Assembly (NCBI GenBank): GCA_034423115.1
Contig: DAOUJD010000033.1
Span: 1,696 to 65,695, forward strand
Source: Dehalococcoidia bacterium
GTDB taxonomy: Bacteria; Chloroflexota; Dehalococcoidia; Lucifugimonadales; UBA3495
Direction: 5' to 3'
DNA: 64,000 bases
Shown here: one piece after another, positions 61,610-64,000 of the stretch
Position numbering within the stretch: position 1 is the first letter of the stretch
Layout of the letters: the number at the start of each line of letters is the position of its first letter
Made by a program: the position numbers and the translations under genes
The notes under the pieces: model-generated
Database searches by the model: none
What the model was told of the DNA's origin: nothing
What the model saw: only the letters and a program-made list of their open reading frames with translations

Positions 61610-62395
61610 ATGATGATTGTAGATACCCACGTCCATATCGGACGCGACCACTATGAACCCGTGGAAATGCTGCTGGCACAGATGGAGTTGAACGGCGTTG
61701 CCAAAACGGTGCTGGTGCAGTCCACGGCGACGCTGGATAACTCCTACGTGCTGGAGTGCATCCAGCGGTTCCCTGGGCGTTTCTCCGTGGTGTGCCGGGT
61801 GGACGTTGATGACCCGGCCGCCCCCGACACGCTGGACAGCCTGCACGCCGCCGGCGCGGAGACGCTGCGAATCCGCAATTTTCACCGTTCTCCCGGCAAC
61901 GATCCGCTGGCGATCTGGCGGGCCGCCGCCAACCTGGGCGTGTCGGTGAGCGTGGGCGGGCCGGCAGAGGGTTTCGCCTCTGCGGAATTTGACGCGCTGG
62001 TGGCCGAACTGCCCAACCTGACGTTCATCCTGGAGCACCTGTGTGGCATGGGCATCCACGCCATCGGCGCGCCGGAGATGCCGCCGGAATCGACCTACCG
62101 GCAGGCGTTGGAGTTGGCCCGTTATCCCAACACGGTCATCAAGATTCACGGGATGGGCGAGATCAGCGACCCGCCGTTCCCGTACCGCAACACGCCGCCG
62201 TGGGTGCAGATGGCGTACGACGCGTTCGGGCCGGACAGGATGGTGTGGGGTTCGGACTGGCCGCGTTGCACCAACCGCGAGGGGTACCGGAACTCGTTGC
62301 GCTATACGATACGTGAGATGGAGTCGTGGTGCCCGCAGGAAGACATCGGCAAAATATTCGGGGCAACGGCGCTAAAACTATGGAGATTCGCGTGA
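61610..62395 (+). CDS. amidohydrolase-2 family protein
   Basis: MMIVDTHVHIG, WGSDWP. Confidence 0.8.
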   Translation: MMIVDTHVHIGRDHYEPVEMLLAQMELNGVAKTVLVQSTATLDNSYVLECIQRFPGRFSVVCRVDVDDPAAPDTLDSLHAAGAETLRIRNFHRSPGNDPLAIWRAAANLGVSVSVGGPAEGFASAEFDALVAELPNLTFILEHLCGMGIHAIGAPEMPPESTYRQALELARYPNTVIKIHGMGEISDPPFPYRNTPPWVQMAYDAFGPDRMVWGSDWPRCTNREGYRNSLRYTIREMESWCPQEDIGKIFGATALKLWRFA

Positions 62396-62484
62396 TGTTC
62401 ACGCTATGGTAACAACTCCTCTACAGCGAGAGCAGTATTTGGCCAGAGATATCTCTGCTTATAACCAGCGAAGAGTGTTACCAA

Positions 62485-63651
62485 ATGATCGGCAGATGCA
62501 TCAAATACGTTGGCTGCGCAGTAATCCTGCTCACACTCCTGGCCTCATTTGCCTGCGGCCAGGGGGAACCGCAAATTCAGACGACGCCGGAACCCGCCGC
62601 CACCGTTCAACCTTCATCCGGGGCGATGGAAGCCGCAGCCGCTCCCGTGCGGACCGATGCGGCCGCGATGGACCACCAGGGCGTGAGTCGGCTGGCCATG
62701 GTGCGCGAGAGGGGAACGCTGGTGTGCGCGAGCAACAACAACGTGGCCGGTTTCGGTTTTCTGGACGCTGGCGGGAACACCGTTGGCTTCGACGTCGATT
62801 TGTGCCGAGCCGTGGCTGCCGCAGTTCTCGGCGACGCCGACGCGGTGGAGTTTCGGACCGTCGAAGCCGCCGAGCGTGGACCAGCCATGCAGTCGGGCGA
62901 GATCGACGTGATGTCAAATCTCACCACCTGGACGAGTTCGCGCGATGCGGCCTGGGGGAACTTCGTGCAGACCATGTTTTACGACGGACAGGGATTCATG
63001 GCGCCGAGGAGCCTGGGTGTTTCCACCATGATGGAACTGAGAGGCGCGAAGATCTGCGTGCTGCAGGGAACCACCAGCGAGTTGAACATCCAGGATTTTG
63101 ATACTGAAAATAGCATGGACTTTGAGATCGTGACCTTTGCGGACGACATCGGCACCAATGAGGCCTACCGGAGCGGTCAGTGCGACGCGTTGACCACGGA
63201 CCGCTCCGGGCTGGTCAGCACCCGATCGAGTTTCGACAACCCTGATGACCACATCATCCTGCCGGGCGTCATATCGGAAGAGCCCCTGGGCCCACTGGTT
63301 CCGCACGGAGACGACCAGTGGTTCGACATCGTCAAAACCGTGATCGCCATTCTAATATACGCGGAAGCGTACGGCGTGACCTCCGACAGCGTGCCAAGCG
63401 CGGCTACCGGAGACACCAAGGTTGACCGGCTGATGGGCATGGAAGGATCATTTGGGCAGGAAACCCTGGGATTGCCCGACACCGTGGCGCAGGACGTGAT
63501 CCGCGCCGTTGGCAACTACGGTGAAATCTACGACCGGCATCTGATCCCGCTGGGCCTGGAACGGCAGGGCAGTCGGAACGCGCTATGGGCCAACGCGCCA
63601 TGCGTCGATTGCCCACGGGGCGGCCAGATCTACGCCGCGCCATTGCGGTAG
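62485..63651 (+). CDS. amino-acid ABC transporter substrate-binding lipoprotein (AapJ/BztA-like)
   Basis: Lipobox LLASFAC; GFDVDLCRAVAAAVLGD, TTDRSGL. Confidence 0.8.
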   Translation: MIGRCIKYVGCAVILLTLLASFACGQGEPQIQTTPEPAATVQPSSGAMEAAAAPVRTDAAAMDHQGVSRLAMVRERGTLVCASNNNVAGFGFLDAGGNTVGFDVDLCRAVAAAVLGDADAVEFRTVEAAERGPAMQSGEIDVMSNLTTWTSSRDAAWGNFVQTMFYDGQGFMAPRSLGVSTMMELRGAKICVLQGTTSELNIQDFDTENSMDFEIVTFADDIGTNEAYRSGQCDALTTDRSGLVSTRSSFDNPDDHIILPGVISEEPLGPLVPHGDDQWFDIVKTVIAILIYAEAYGVTSDSVPSAATGDTKVDRLMGMEGSFGQETLGLPDTVAQDVIRAVGNYGEIYDRHLIPLGLERQGSRNALWANAPCVDCPRGGQIYAAPLR

Positions 63652-63851
63652 TTGCGTTGAATCCGACTGACGGTCTTCTCCAGGATCGGCGGGCAGTATC
63701 TCCGTCCCCAAATTTGACGCAATGTTCAGGAGACATATTCCGCAAATACGTTAACGAAGGCAGAACAAAGTGTAGCAACAAACATGGTAGAATCGTCCGC
63801 GTTAAGACGCTAGGCGTTTACGCGACCGATAGCACAGGAGGAACAATACCG

Positions 63852-64000
63852 ATGAAGCGAACTATCAAATACCTTGCTGGCGCAATCGTAATACTTGCGC
63901 TGGTGGCAGCGATGGCCTGCGGGCAAGAGCAACCGCCCGCTCCGCCGGCCCCCGCCGGCACCGAACCCACCGCTGCCGCCACTCCCACACAGGTGATGGA
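63852..64000 (+). CDS. 5' end of a lipoprotein gene (probably another substrate-binding protein), truncated by the window edge
   Basis: AGGAGG RBS; signal plus lipobox LVAAMAC, then a Pro/Ala/Thr linker like 62485's. Confidence 0.6.
   Translation, partial: MKRTIKYLAGAIVILALVAAMACGQEQPPAPPAPAGTEPTAAATPTQVM

Overview
GC-rich bacterial chromosomal segment. Gene content and repeat types look like an aerobic heterotrophic Chloroflexota-type genome, but that is inference only. I support about 65 protein-coding genes and saw no rRNA, tRNA, CRISPR array or cas gene. All family assignments come from motifs read by eye in the ORF translations; no searches were run, and composition statements are by eye, not computed.

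Backbone genes:
- Catabolic and oxidoreductase paralogs: 2 SDRs, GMC oxidoreductase, LLM monooxygenase, Rieske oxygenase, amidohydrolases, amidase, MBL hydrolase, dienelactone hydrolase, alpha/beta hydrolase, leucine dehydrogenase.
- Transport: tandemly duplicated family-5 substrate-binding proteins plus 2 permeases, 3 MFS paralogs, amino-acid binding proteins.
- A sulfur/redox cluster: sulfite/nitrite reductase, TauE, TrxB.

Accessory genes, often in visibly AT-richer islets:
- HigB/HigA-like pair, Abi_2, three PaREP1/HEPN-like paralogs, DUF2806, two Uma2 genes, a repeat-rich coiled-coil protein.
- A DUF433 + PIN-like pair whose toxin is frameshifted by a 17-bp tandem duplication.
- An RHH/RelE-like pair destroyed by an IS1-family insertion with an 8-bp target duplication.
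- A beta-class DNA methyltransferase fused to an Mrr-like nuclease domain.

Intergenic DNA is saturated with at least three families of palindromic REP/MITE-like elements. One copy sits in frame inside an MFS gene.

No canonical multi-gene system was recognised. Best candidates for something new:
1. An in-frame TGA exactly on the first Cys of the C-P-L-C motif of a DUF3179 lipoprotein, with a hairpin just downstream. This is either a selenocysteine U-x-x-C candidate or a fresh nonsense mutation.
2. Inverted repeats of about 0.8 kb bracketing a 12-kb housekeeping segment. Each carries an unknown 110-aa gene with a long C-rich leader.
3. The compositionally mosaic MTase-Mrr fusion.
4. A three-gene HEPN-like / PD-(D/E)xK-like / DUF2283 cassette.
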